DNA from: Rhizobiaceae bacterium
Lineage (GTDB): Bacteria > Pseudomonadota > Alphaproteobacteria > Rhizobiales > Rhizobiaceae
Assembly: GCA_013214695.1 (NCBI GenBank)
Contig: JABSRX010000001.1
Span: 1,610-65,609, forward strand
Reading direction: 5' to 3'
DNA: 64,000 nucleotides
A program made the translations under genes and the position numbers. Each line of letters begins with the position of its first letter. Within the stretch, counting starts at the first letter, position 1. The notes below the pieces were generated by a model. The model searched no databases. It had not been told where the DNA came from and saw only the letters and a program-made list of their open reading frames with translations. Below are positions 8,925 through 16,777 of the stretch, in pieces.

Positions 8925-10231
8925 GCCCCGTTGAAATTGGCGCCCTGTCGGTCGTCGCCATTGTCGCCATGGTCTATATGGGGGTCTACATCCCCGTCGC
9001 GTTGGGCCTCGTGTCCTTCGTGTCGATCTGGATCATCAGCGGCAAATCCATCCTTGCCTTCAACTTTCTGAAGATCGCCGTCAGCGACGGGGTGACGGAA
9101 TATCCCTTTGCCACCATCCCCTTATTCACCGTCATGGGGCTGCTGGTGTCTCGAGCCGGGCTCGGGACGGACATTTATGCGGTGATGAACCGCGCCTTCC
9201 GGGCACTGACCGGCGGCATCGGCATGGCCACCGTTGGCGCCAATGCGGTGTTTGCCGCGGTGACCGGTTCGTCGATTGCCTCGGCGTCGGTCTTCACCCG
9301 TATCGCCGTGCCGGAAATGCGCAAGCTGAACTACAACAAGCGCTTCGCGGTGGGTGTGGTTGCTGGCTCCTCTGTGCTCGGCATGATCATTCCGCCCAGT
9401 GCCATGCTGATCATCTATTCCTTCGTGTCCGAACAATCCGTCGGCGAAATGTTCCTGGCCGGTATCGTGCCGGGCCTGTTGCTTACGGTTGCCTATATCG
9501 CCTGGATCTACGTCTCCGGCAAAATTCGCCCGGCCTATCTGGGTTCCAATATTGACCATGGCGACGATATTCCGATGTCGCTGTATGAGATCCTCGACAA
9601 GACGGTGCCCACCGTAGCGCTGATCCTGATCGTGCTGGGTGGCATTTACACCGGTTGGCTGACGCCGGTGGAGGCCGGTGCGGCCGGTGCACTGGCGGCC
9701 TTCCTGATCGCCGTACTGCGCCGCAGGATGACCTGGCAGAGCCTATGGGAAACCGCTATTGAAACCGGCCACATCACTGCATCGATCCTGTTCCTGATCA
9801 CCATGGCCTCGCTGTACAGCCGCATGCTCGGCTATGCTGGCCTGCCCAACCAGCTCAATGAAGTCTTGCAGACCTACAATCTCGGCTTCGTCGAAGTGAT
9901 GATCATCTATGTCGTGCTGATGCTGTTCCTGGGCACCCTGCTCGACACTGCCTCGATCATCCTGATCGTCGTACCCCTGTTCATTACGCTGGTGGAAGGC
10001 ATGGGCATGAGCCTCGTATGGTTCGGCATCGTCACCGTGATTGGTGCCGAGATCGGCCTGCTGACGCCGCCGCTGGGGATATCCTGTTTCGTCATCAAAT
10101 CCAGTCTCAATGACCCGGACATCACGCTGAAAGACGTCTTCTTCGGCGCCTTCCCCTTTGCCGTGATCATGCTGCTGGTGCTGATCCTGATCATTGCCTT
10201 CCCGGTCCTGTCGACCGGAATTCTCAACTAA
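8921..10231 (+). CDS. TRAP transporter large permease (DctM family)
   Basis: 436 aa with about 12 TM segments and typical DctM blocks (GGIGMATVGANAVFAAVTGSSIASA, GIYTGWLTPVEAGAAGA). Confidence 0.9.
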   Translation: MSPVEIGALSVVAIVAMVYMGVYIPVALGLVSFVSIWIISGKSILAFNFLKIAVSDGVTEYPFATIPLFTVMGLLVSRAGLGTDIYAVMNRAFRALTGGIGMATVGANAVFAAVTGSSIASASVFTRIAVPEMRKLNYNKRFAVGVVAGSSVLGMIIPPSAMLIIYSFVSEQSVGEMFLAGIVPGLLLTVAYIAWIYVSGKIRPAYLGSNIDHGDDIPMSLYEILDKTVPTVALILIVLGGIYTGWLTPVEAGAAGALAAFLIAVLRRRMTWQSLWETAIETGHITASILFLITMASLYSRMLGYAGLPNQLNEVLQTYNLGFVEVMIIYVVLMLFLGTLLDTASIILIVVPLFITLVEGMGMSLVWFGIVTVIGAEIGLLTPPLGISCFVIKSSLNDPDITLKDVFFGAFPFAVIMLLVLILIIAFPVLSTGILN

Positions 10232-10252
10232 TCCAACCAAGGGAGATGCGCG

Positions 10253-11125
10253 ATGCGCAACGTCACCTCTGAAACGATTACCAAAGCCTTCCTTGACTAT
10301 TGCAGCGACGATACCGATCCGCGGCTGAAATTCGTCCTGGAGAAGCTGGCGACCCATTTGCACGACTTTGTCCGTGAGACCAATCTGACTCACGACGAGT
10401 GGCGCAAGGGGCTGGAGCTGCTGTATGCTGCCGGTGAAATCTCGACGCCGGAACGCAACGAGTTCATCCTGTTCTCCGATGTGCTCGGCCTGTCGTCACT
10501 GGTCGATATGGTGAACTCCCCCGACGATGGCACTCCGTCCAGCGTGTTGGGCCCATTCCACGTGCTTGGCGCGCCGGATGTTCCGGTCGGTGCCGACCTG
10601 AAGGGCGACAACGAAGGCACGACTGTTGTGGTTGGCGGCATGGTGCGCACCCCCGACGGCGCGCCTATCGAAGGCGCTGAGCTGGAAATCTGGCAGACTG
10701 CCGATAACGGTCTTTATTCCAACCAGGACGAGGCCCAGCCGGAGTACAATCTGCGCGCCCACATGACGACGGGGGCGGACGGACGCTACCTGTTCTCCAC
10801 CGTGCGTCCGGCGCCTTATACGGTCCCAGACGACGGGCCGGTAGGTGAATTGCTGAACAATACTGGCCGCCATCCATGGCGTCCGTCCCATCTGCACTTC
10901 ATCGTCACCGCTCCGGGCTACGGCACGCTGGTCACCGAAGTGTTCCCAAGCGATGATCCCTATCTGGATGAAGATCCGGTATTCGGTGTGCGCGAGCAAT
11001 TGGTGATGGAGTATCAGAAGCGCGAGTCGACCGACGGCCTGCCCGATGATTTGGTCGCCAAGGATCAACTCGATACGCCCTATTACATGGTCGACTTCGA
11101 TTTCGTGCTGTCCGACAACCGCTGA
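10253..11125 (+). CDS. Intradiol ring-cleavage dioxygenase (hydroxyquinol/catechol 1,2-dioxygenase family)
   Basis: The N-terminal dioxygenase_N region is NEFILFSDVLGLSSLVD. The catalytic region is GPFHVLGAP, WQTADNGLYSNQD, YLFSTVRPAPYTVPDDGP and RPSHLHFIV. Confidence 0.85.
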   Translation: MRNVTSETITKAFLDYCSDDTDPRLKFVLEKLATHLHDFVRETNLTHDEWRKGLELLYAAGEISTPERNEFILFSDVLGLSSLVDMVNSPDDGTPSSVLGPFHVLGAPDVPVGADLKGDNEGTTVVVGGMVRTPDGAPIEGAELEIWQTADNGLYSNQDEAQPEYNLRAHMTTGADGRYLFSTVRPAPYTVPDDGPVGELLNNTGRHPWRPSHLHFIVTAPGYGTLVTEVFPSDDPYLDEDPVFGVREQLVMEYQKRESTDGLPDDLVAKDQLDTPYYMVDFDFVLSDNR

Positions 11126-11183
11126 GCTTGCTTGATCTATCCGGTCGGACAATAGTGGGTCTTCGCAAACGCGGGGATGCTCC

Positions 11184-11810
11184 ATGGCCAATCATTCACA
11201 AACCAAACGCGCGCTGATCGAAGGGCGTGCCGCGCTGATTGTTATCGACATTCAGGCCAGCACCTTCATCGACGACAGCGCTGTGCGGTCAATCGACAAC
11301 ATGCCAGGCTACAAGGAGCGCATGCTGCAGGCCCGCACTGCCATCGATAAAGCGCGCGCCCGCAATATCCCGGTGATTTTCATCCAGGAAGTGCATCGTC
11401 CTGATCTGATCGACTTTGGACGCGAGCTGGATGGCGACGAGGATGTGCATTGTCTGGAGGATGATCCGCGCACCGACATTGCAGTCAAGGAAATGGACTT
11501 TCGTCCCAACGATTATCTGATCCGCAAGCGCCGCTATTCGGCGTTTTTCGGCACCGACTTTGAGATCCTACTGCGTGGCCTGAAGATCGACACCCTGCTG
11601 CTGGTCGGTGGCCTGACCGATGTTTGTGTTCACTACACATTTGTTGACGGCCACCAGAGCGATTATTATTGCCGCGTCATCGAAGATTGCGTAGCAGGTT
11701 CAAGCCTGGAGGCCCACGAGGCGTCGTTGAAAGCAATGGAGTATTTGCAGACGGGCGCCAGATGCTCGCTGGAGGATGCCTTGCGCGCGATGGACTTGGC
11801 CGCGGTTTAA
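11184..11810 (+). CDS. Isochorismatase-family cysteine hydrolase
   Basis: Motifs are ALIVIDIQ, RKRRYSAFFGTDFEILLRGLKIDTLLLVGGLTDVCVHYT (catalytic Cys context). Confidence 0.8.
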   Translation: MANHSQTKRALIEGRAALIVIDIQASTFIDDSAVRSIDNMPGYKERMLQARTAIDKARARNIPVIFIQEVHRPDLIDFGRELDGDEDVHCLEDDPRTDIAVKEMDFRPNDYLIRKRRYSAFFGTDFEILLRGLKIDTLLLVGGLTDVCVHYTFVDGHQSDYYCRVIEDCVAGSSLEAHEASLKAMEYLQTGARCSLEDALRAMDLAAV

Positions 11811-11817
11811 AACGAAA

Positions 11818-12540
11818 TTAGTCGTTTAACTCATCACTCAGGAACTTGCTGGTGCGGCGATAGTGTTTGACCAGAAGGTCGGCGGCGAGGTCGGCATCGC
11901 GGGCCAGCACTGAGTCACAAATCGCGCTGTGCTCTTCGGCAATGTCACGGGCCGGATAGGCCTTGGTGCCGGACAGCTGGCGGTAGCGAATGGCCTGATC
12001 ATAGAGTTGATCGCAGAATTTCAGCAGCATGGACGAACCGCATTCGCTGATCAGCGTCATGTGAAAGTGCTTGTGCTGGGCTTCCCATTCCTTGTTGGCA
12101 ACGAAATGATCTGAAGCCTCGGAACGGGGCATGCGCGACAGGCGGTAATTGGCCAGCACCACACGCTCTTCCCATTCCGGCGATCCGTTGGCGATGGATT
12201 CCCGCAAGGCGCGCTCTTCCAGCCAGCACCGGGTTTTTAGCAATTCCTCGAATTCCTGCGCGCTGACGTCGGAAACGCGGAAGCCGCGCTGGTCGATGCG
12301 CTCAACGAAGTGATCGGAGGTCAACAGGCTCAGGGCCTCGCGGATGGGCGACGTGCCGACATCGTATTTGCGGCGCAGTTCTTCAATCTTCAATTTGCGT
12401 CCCGGTTCCAGTTCGCCGGAGATGATGTCTTCACGCAGCCGCATATAAGCGCGGCTGGTCATCGATTCCGAACCGACACCATCCGGCGCGTTGGCATCAT
12501 CCAACGCCGGCGCATCACTGATTTTCAATGGATCACCCAT
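11818..12540 (-). CDS. GntR-family transcriptional regulator with FCD ligand domain
   Basis: The N-terminal wHTH is AYMRLREDIISGELEPGRKLKIEELRRKYDVGTSPIREAL. The FCD domain is helical and carries conserved His residues (HKHFHMTLI...). Confidence 0.9.
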   Translation of the reverse strand: MGDPLKISDAPALDDANAPDGVGSESMTSRAYMRLREDIISGELEPGRKLKIEELRRKYDVGTSPIREALSLLTSDHFVERIDQRGFRVSDVSAQEFEELLKTRCWLEERALRESIANGSPEWEERVVLANYRLSRMPRSEASDHFVANKEWEAQHKHFHMTLISECGSSMLLKFCDQLYDQAIRYRQLSGTKAYPARDIAEEHSAICDSVLARDADLAADLLVKHYRRTSKFLSDELND

Positions 12541-12825
12541 AGGAATTGTTCGCCTGTTTTCCGTCCACCCAAATCAAAGCGCCCGTTTTGGCCCCTGATC
12601 CGCGGAGAACACCTCTACCCGGTTTGACCAGCATTTACACTGCGACACGATCCGCTGTCCTTCTTGTATTGCCCGAAAACCCACATTCGCCAACTGCAGT
12701 TTTATATGCTGCGGCAATGTGAACACCGACAACGCTGACACCACGTGTTGCCAACGGACTGGGATCGGCCTTAAAATGCCGATATTTGAGGCCGAGATCG
12801 CCCCTTACGGTGATTTTATAGATAT

Positions 12826-12847
12826 TTTTGCAATTTTGCAAAATATA
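12826..12847. promoter_or_regulatory. AT-rich TTGCAA-N4-TTGCAA repeat (tttttgcaattttgcaaaatat) in the GntR/FAH divergent intergenic region
   Basis: Read directly. It lies 68 nt upstream of the FAH-family ATG (12915). A CCCGATatgATCGGG palindrome lies at 12869-12883. Confidence 0.35.
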
Positions 12848-12914
12848 TCGTTTTTATTTTCGGCCAAACCCGATATGATCGGGCAACGTCAATGACAAAA
12901 GATTGGGAACCGCT

Positions 12915-13781
12915 ATGCGTTTGGTGGCATTTAAGGGAGCCGATGGCTCGCGGGTTGGTGTGGTCAAGGAAGATGGTGTGATCGACCTCACCGCAGTTGA
13001 TTCCAACGCCCCCCGTACGATCGCCGCGGCCATCCGCGAAGATCGCATGGGTGAACTGGGCGAACTCGCCGCCAAGGCCGATGCGGGCAATCGCCTCGAC
13101 TACGACTCGCTGGATTTTGAACTGCCGGTCGCCGACCCGGGCAAGATCCTGTGTCTGGGCCTCAACTATATGGACCACGTGGCGGAAGGCCCGTTCAACA
13201 AGCCCGACTTTCCGGCCATTTTCATGCGCAGCCCGACCTCGCTGGTGCCGCATGGCAAGCCGATCATTCGACCGCTGCAGTCCGAGACCATGGACTATGA
13301 AGCCGAACTGGCCGTGATCATTGGCAAGAAGTCTCGTCACCTGACCCTGACAAATGCGCTGGACGCAATTGCCGGTTACAGTTGCTTCAACGACGGGTCC
13401 GTGCGCGAGTATCAGCGCCATACGATTCAATGGACGATGGGCAAGAACTTCGACCAGACCGGTCCGTTTGGCCCGGTCGTCGTGACGCCGGACGAATTGC
13501 CGGAAGCCGCCCATGGATTGAAAATCGAGTGTCACTTAAACGGCGATACGGTTCAGTCGAGCACGACGGATATGATGATCTTCAAGGTTGCGGAAACCCT
13601 GGTTTACATCACCGAAGGTTTGACGCTTGAGCCCGGCGATGTGGTGATGATGGGAACCCCATCAGGCGTTGGCCATGCCCGCAAGCCGCCCCTATGGATG
13701 CGCGATGGCGACACCGTCGAGATCGAAATCGAAGGCATCGGCGTTCTGCGCAACCCGATCCAGGACGACGTCACGGGCTAG
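12915..13781 (+). CDS. Fumarylacetoacetate hydrolase (FAH)-family hydrolase/isomerase
   Basis: FAH blocks are present: KILCLGLNYMDH, DYEAELAVIIGK, NDGSVREYQ and MMGTPSGVG. The first ATG is at 12915. Confidence 0.85.
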   Translation: MRLVAFKGADGSRVGVVKEDGVIDLTAVDSNAPRTIAAAIREDRMGELGELAAKADAGNRLDYDSLDFELPVADPGKILCLGLNYMDHVAEGPFNKPDFPAIFMRSPTSLVPHGKPIIRPLQSETMDYEAELAVIIGKKSRHLTLTNALDAIAGYSCFNDGSVREYQRHTIQWTMGKNFDQTGPFGPVVVTPDELPEAAHGLKIECHLNGDTVQSSTTDMMIFKVAETLVYITEGLTLEPGDVVMMGTPSGVGHARKPPLWMRDGDTVEIEIEGIGVLRNPIQDDVTG

Positions 13782-13800
13782 AGTCAGCTAGTACAGCCAG

Positions 13801-14523
13801 CTAATACTGATCATGCCGCTTAACCCATGCCATGGGATGCGGCAACGCTTCTTCGTCGCGGCCTTTCGGCAGCAGATCGAGATACTGATAGGCGACATTC
13901 ATGTTGTCGAGCCCGCGGGCGTAGCAAGAATAAGTGTGGTAGATCATCCCGTCGCCGCCGCTGCCAAGCGCAAAAATGCTGATGCCGGGCGCTTCGCTGG
14001 CCGGGAAGGTCGTTTCATGGAAGTTGTAAAAGACCTGACCACGTTGCATTGCGTCGTCTGTGAACGAGGCCTGGTAGTCGTGGTTGAACGATGAACCCAG
14101 GCTCGAGACCCAGTCAAAACGCCATCCCATGCGTTTCTTATAGGCAGTGATCTTCTCCAGCGATGTGTTGGAGACACAGACAAAGGCAGCATCGCGGGCT
14201 GCCAAATGCATTGTCGTCCCGTCAAAGCCGTCGGCCCAGAAGGAACAACTGGGACAGCCCTCCTCCCAGTTTTCACCCATCATGAAGTGCTGCACGATCA
14301 GTTGGGATTTGTCGCCAAACAGGTCGGCCAGCGTCTTGCGCCCCTGATCAGTCTCGAACTGATAAGTCTCGCTGACCGCCACCCAGGGCAATTGCCGGCG
14401 TTTGGCGCTGACGGCATCGCGTTGCTGCAGCAACGCCTTTTCCTCGTTCAGCAGAGAGCGGCGCGCCTCCAACCATTGTTCTCTCGTTGCAATATCTGCC
14501 TGCATTTGATGTTCCTCCGTCAT
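13801..14523 (-). CDS. DUF899 (thioredoxin-like) family protein
   Basis: The blocks EQWLEARRSLLNEEKALLQQRDAVSAKRRQLPW and CPSCSFWADGFDG are typical of DUF899 as I recall it. It is the last gene of an overlapping three-gene operon. Confidence 0.75.
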   Translation of the reverse strand: MTEEHQMQADIATREQWLEARRSLLNEEKALLQQRDAVSAKRRQLPWVAVSETYQFETDQGRKTLADLFGDKSQLIVQHFMMGENWEEGCPSCSFWADGFDGTTMHLAARDAAFVCVSNTSLEKITAYKKRMGWRFDWVSSLGSSFNHDYQASFTDDAMQRGQVFYNFHETTFPASEAPGISIFALGSGGDGMIYHTYSCYARGLDNMNVAYQYLDLLPKGRDEEALPHPMAWVKRHDQY

Positions 14524-14960
14524 TCGATTTGGGCGGCCAACCGTTCCAGTTTGCGCAAGGAGGAGGTCCAGCCCTCATTGTGGTTCCGACTGCTTTCATC
14601 ATCGGGTAAGCCGCTATGGGTGAGGACAAAACGCGCGCCGCCGCCGGCATTCGGCACCACCTCAAAACGCACGTGGGACTCGTGCCCACGCCGGTCCTGA
14701 TCATCGTGCCAGCCCCAAGTGAACTCGACCGTCTTGGGCGGGTCAGTGCGCAGGACTTCACCGCTGACTTTGAACGTGTTGCCTTCGGCATTGACCATGG
14801 TCGATGACCAATTGCCAGGGCGGGACAGATCCAGGTCATGATCACCAATATGCACCCCTTCCGGACCCCACCATTTCAACAGGTGCTCGGTATCGGTCAA
14901 AAAGGCGAATACCGTTTCCACATCTGCAGCGAAAACCCGCTCCATCACCAGTTCGCTCAT
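14520..14960 (-). CDS. SRPBCC/AHSA1-domain protein
   Basis: 146 aa with FAADVETVFAFLTDTEHLLKWWGPEG, typical of the Aha1-like SRPBCC fold. It has 4-bp overlaps on both sides. Confidence 0.7.
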   Translation of the reverse strand: MSELVMERVFAADVETVFAFLTDTEHLLKWWGPEGVHIGDHDLDLSRPGNWSSTMVNAEGNTFKVSGEVLRTDPPKTVEFTWGWHDDQDRRGHESHVRFEVVPNAGGGARFVLTHSGLPDDESSRNHNEGWTSSLRKLERLAAQIE

Positions 14961-15286
14961 TTCTTACTCTCCTGTACTAACGCCCATTCCAAACGATCCA
15001 GGCTGTTTTGCCAGAACTCGCGATAGGACATGGACCAGGCTCCAATCGACTGCACCGCCTCCGGGCGGGCGGAATACAAACGCCGCTGTTTGTCGACACG
15101 CTGATGTACCAAGCCTGCCGACCGCAGAACCTTCAGGTGTCGCGATACGGCCGGTGCCGATATCGACGTGCCTTCCTGAATATCGCCGGCCGACAGCTCG
15201 CCTTCCTTCAACAGGCGTTCGACGATGGCAAAGCGCGTATCGTCGCCAAGCGCGGCAAAAGTGTTGATCAGGTTGGACATCATCAT
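14957..15286 (-). CDS. ArsR/SmtB-family transcriptional regulator
   Basis: The HTH_20 core is FAALGDDTRFAIVERLLKEGELSAGDI...VSRHLKVLRSAGLV. It is the first gene of the ArsR-SRPBCC-DUF899 operon. Confidence 0.85.
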   Translation of the reverse strand: MMMSNLINTFAALGDDTRFAIVERLLKEGELSAGDIQEGTSISAPAVSRHLKVLRSAGLVHQRVDKQRRLYSARPEAVQSIGAWSMSYREFWQNSLDRLEWALVQESKK

Positions 15287-15396
15287 GCCTTTAATTTATA
15301 TTTCTGTTAATTAACTTATTTGTTAAATATAGAACTGTCAAGCGTCCTCCACGCCCCGCCGGCGGCAGCGATATCGGTTCCGTATGGAAGGAAGTT

Positions 15397-16341
15397 TCAG
15401 CCCTTGGGATGTTCCGGCAGTCCGGGCCGACCTGCCTGATCTGGGTTCAGCGCGACATATTCGGCTTTCAACGCAGCGGAGCCCGAGATTTCCCGATCAT
15501 GGCGCCAGCCGGGCGGCATCAGCAGATAGGCCAGTCGGGTACGCATCGTGATGCCCGGCTGGAATGCGTCCTTGAACATGCTGACCCATTCATGGATGGC
15601 AACTTTGAAAGGGTTGAAGGTCGCAATATTGCGCACCAGTCCATAGCGCGGCACGTCCTCCTCCAGTTCTTCTACAAAGGTGCCGAACATGCGGTCCCAG
15701 ATGATCAGTGTGCCGGCATAATTGGCATCCAGGTAACGCGGGTTGGTGGCGTGATGGACACGGTGATGAGACGGCGTGTTCATCACTGCCTCGAACCAGC
15801 GCGGCAGTTTGCCGATGGCCTCCGTATGGATCCAGAACTGATAGAGCAGATTGATTCCGCCGACGAAGACGATCAGGGCTGGATGAAATCCGAGCAGCAC
15901 CAGGGGAATGCGCAGGACAAACATGCCGGTGAAAACGCCGGTCCAACTCTGCCGCAGTGCGGTCGACAGATTGTAGTGCTGGCTCGAATGGTGGATGACA
16001 TGTTCGGCCCAGACCCAGCGACAGCGATGGGCGATGCGGTGGTAAAAGTAGTAGCGCGCGTCATCAATGATGAAGCAGGCGAGGATCCAGTACCACTCAA
16101 ACCCGATCGTCCAGATCCTGAACTCATAGGCCCAGGTCAGGACCCCATAGGCGACAAAGCCGAAGATCAGACCCGACACCACATTGCCCACCCCCATCAG
16201 CAGACTGGTGGTCGCATCGCGGGTCTCAAACCCATCGACCCGCTTCATCCGTTTAAGAACATAGAGCTCCAGAAAGATCAGCGCCGCAAAGGCGGGAATG
16301 GCCAATTGGGTGACATTGGGAAACGTCGGCACGTTCAGCAT
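15397..16341 (-). CDS. Sterol desaturase/fatty-acid hydroxylase-family membrane di-iron enzyme
   Basis: Histidine boxes HRIAHRCRWVWAEHVIHHSSQHYN and PSHHRVHH sit within a polytopic protein. Confidence 0.85.
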   Translation of the reverse strand: MLNVPTFPNVTQLAIPAFAALIFLELYVLKRMKRVDGFETRDATTSLLMGVGNVVSGLIFGFVAYGVLTWAYEFRIWTIGFEWYWILACFIIDDARYYFYHRIAHRCRWVWAEHVIHHSSQHYNLSTALRQSWTGVFTGMFVLRIPLVLLGFHPALIVFVGGINLLYQFWIHTEAIGKLPRWFEAVMNTPSHHRVHHATNPRYLDANYAGTLIIWDRMFGTFVEELEEDVPRYGLVRNIATFNPFKVAIHEWVSMFKDAFQPGITMRTRLAYLLMPPGWRHDREISGSAALKAEYVALNPDQAGRPGLPEHPKG

Positions 16342-16763
16342 CAGGCGGCCTCCTCGATCAGGCTTTCAAGCCGTTCCGCCAGGGCGGACCGTTCCTCTTC
16401 TTTGATCAAAGCAATAGAGACTTTGGGTAGTGTGAAGTCCCGCAACGACAGCTGCAAACCATTCTGCGTCGCAGCAAGCCCGTAGAAAACCGGCGCATCC
16501 AGCTTCCGCGTCACCAGTTTGTCCCCCATTTGCAGAACCAGGCCACCCTGCTTGCGATCACTGGAGAAGACGACTGCCGTGCGCCCATCATCGGCGACGA
16601 TGCACTCTGCCAGATCGAAAGTCTGATGGTCCTGTTTAAACCGCAACATGGCCTGGTCGGCAGTTAAGGGCGCAATTTCCCGCGAGCCGCCGCTGAAGTG
16701 AACGGCGGCAATGATCACGGTCAATCCGACGACCACCAAAATTGCCAGGATGTGCAGCGGCAT
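16341..16763 (-). CDS. Hypothetical N-terminally membrane-anchored protein (140 aa)
   Basis: It has a single N-terminal TM segment (LHILAILVVVGLTVIIAAV). It shares a TGATG 1-nt overlap with the downstream hydroxylase gene and starts 14 nt after the upstream hydrolase gene. I recognise no family. Confidence 0.55.
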   Translation of the reverse strand: MPLHILAILVVVGLTVIIAAVHFSGGSREIAPLTADQAMLRFKQDHQTFDLAECIVADDGRTAVVFSSDRKQGGLVLQMGDKLVTRKLDAPVFYGLAATQNGLQLSLRDFTLPKVSIALIKEEERSALAERLESLIEEAA

Positions 16764-16777
16764 TGCGGCGTTTCCTC

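Noticed and set aside
15409-16485. A long (358-aa) plus-strand ORF. Similar long ORFs occur at 16742-17710, 18275-19486, 48649-49746, 58538-59719 and 60260-61273 (plus strand) and at 12816-13535, 24520-25353, 25396-26217 and 36198-37175 (minus strand).
   Set aside because: All lie antisense to genes with clear family motifs. Their translations are Arg/Gly/Pro/His-rich low-complexity sequence with no motifs. They are typical shadow ORFs of high-GC DNA.
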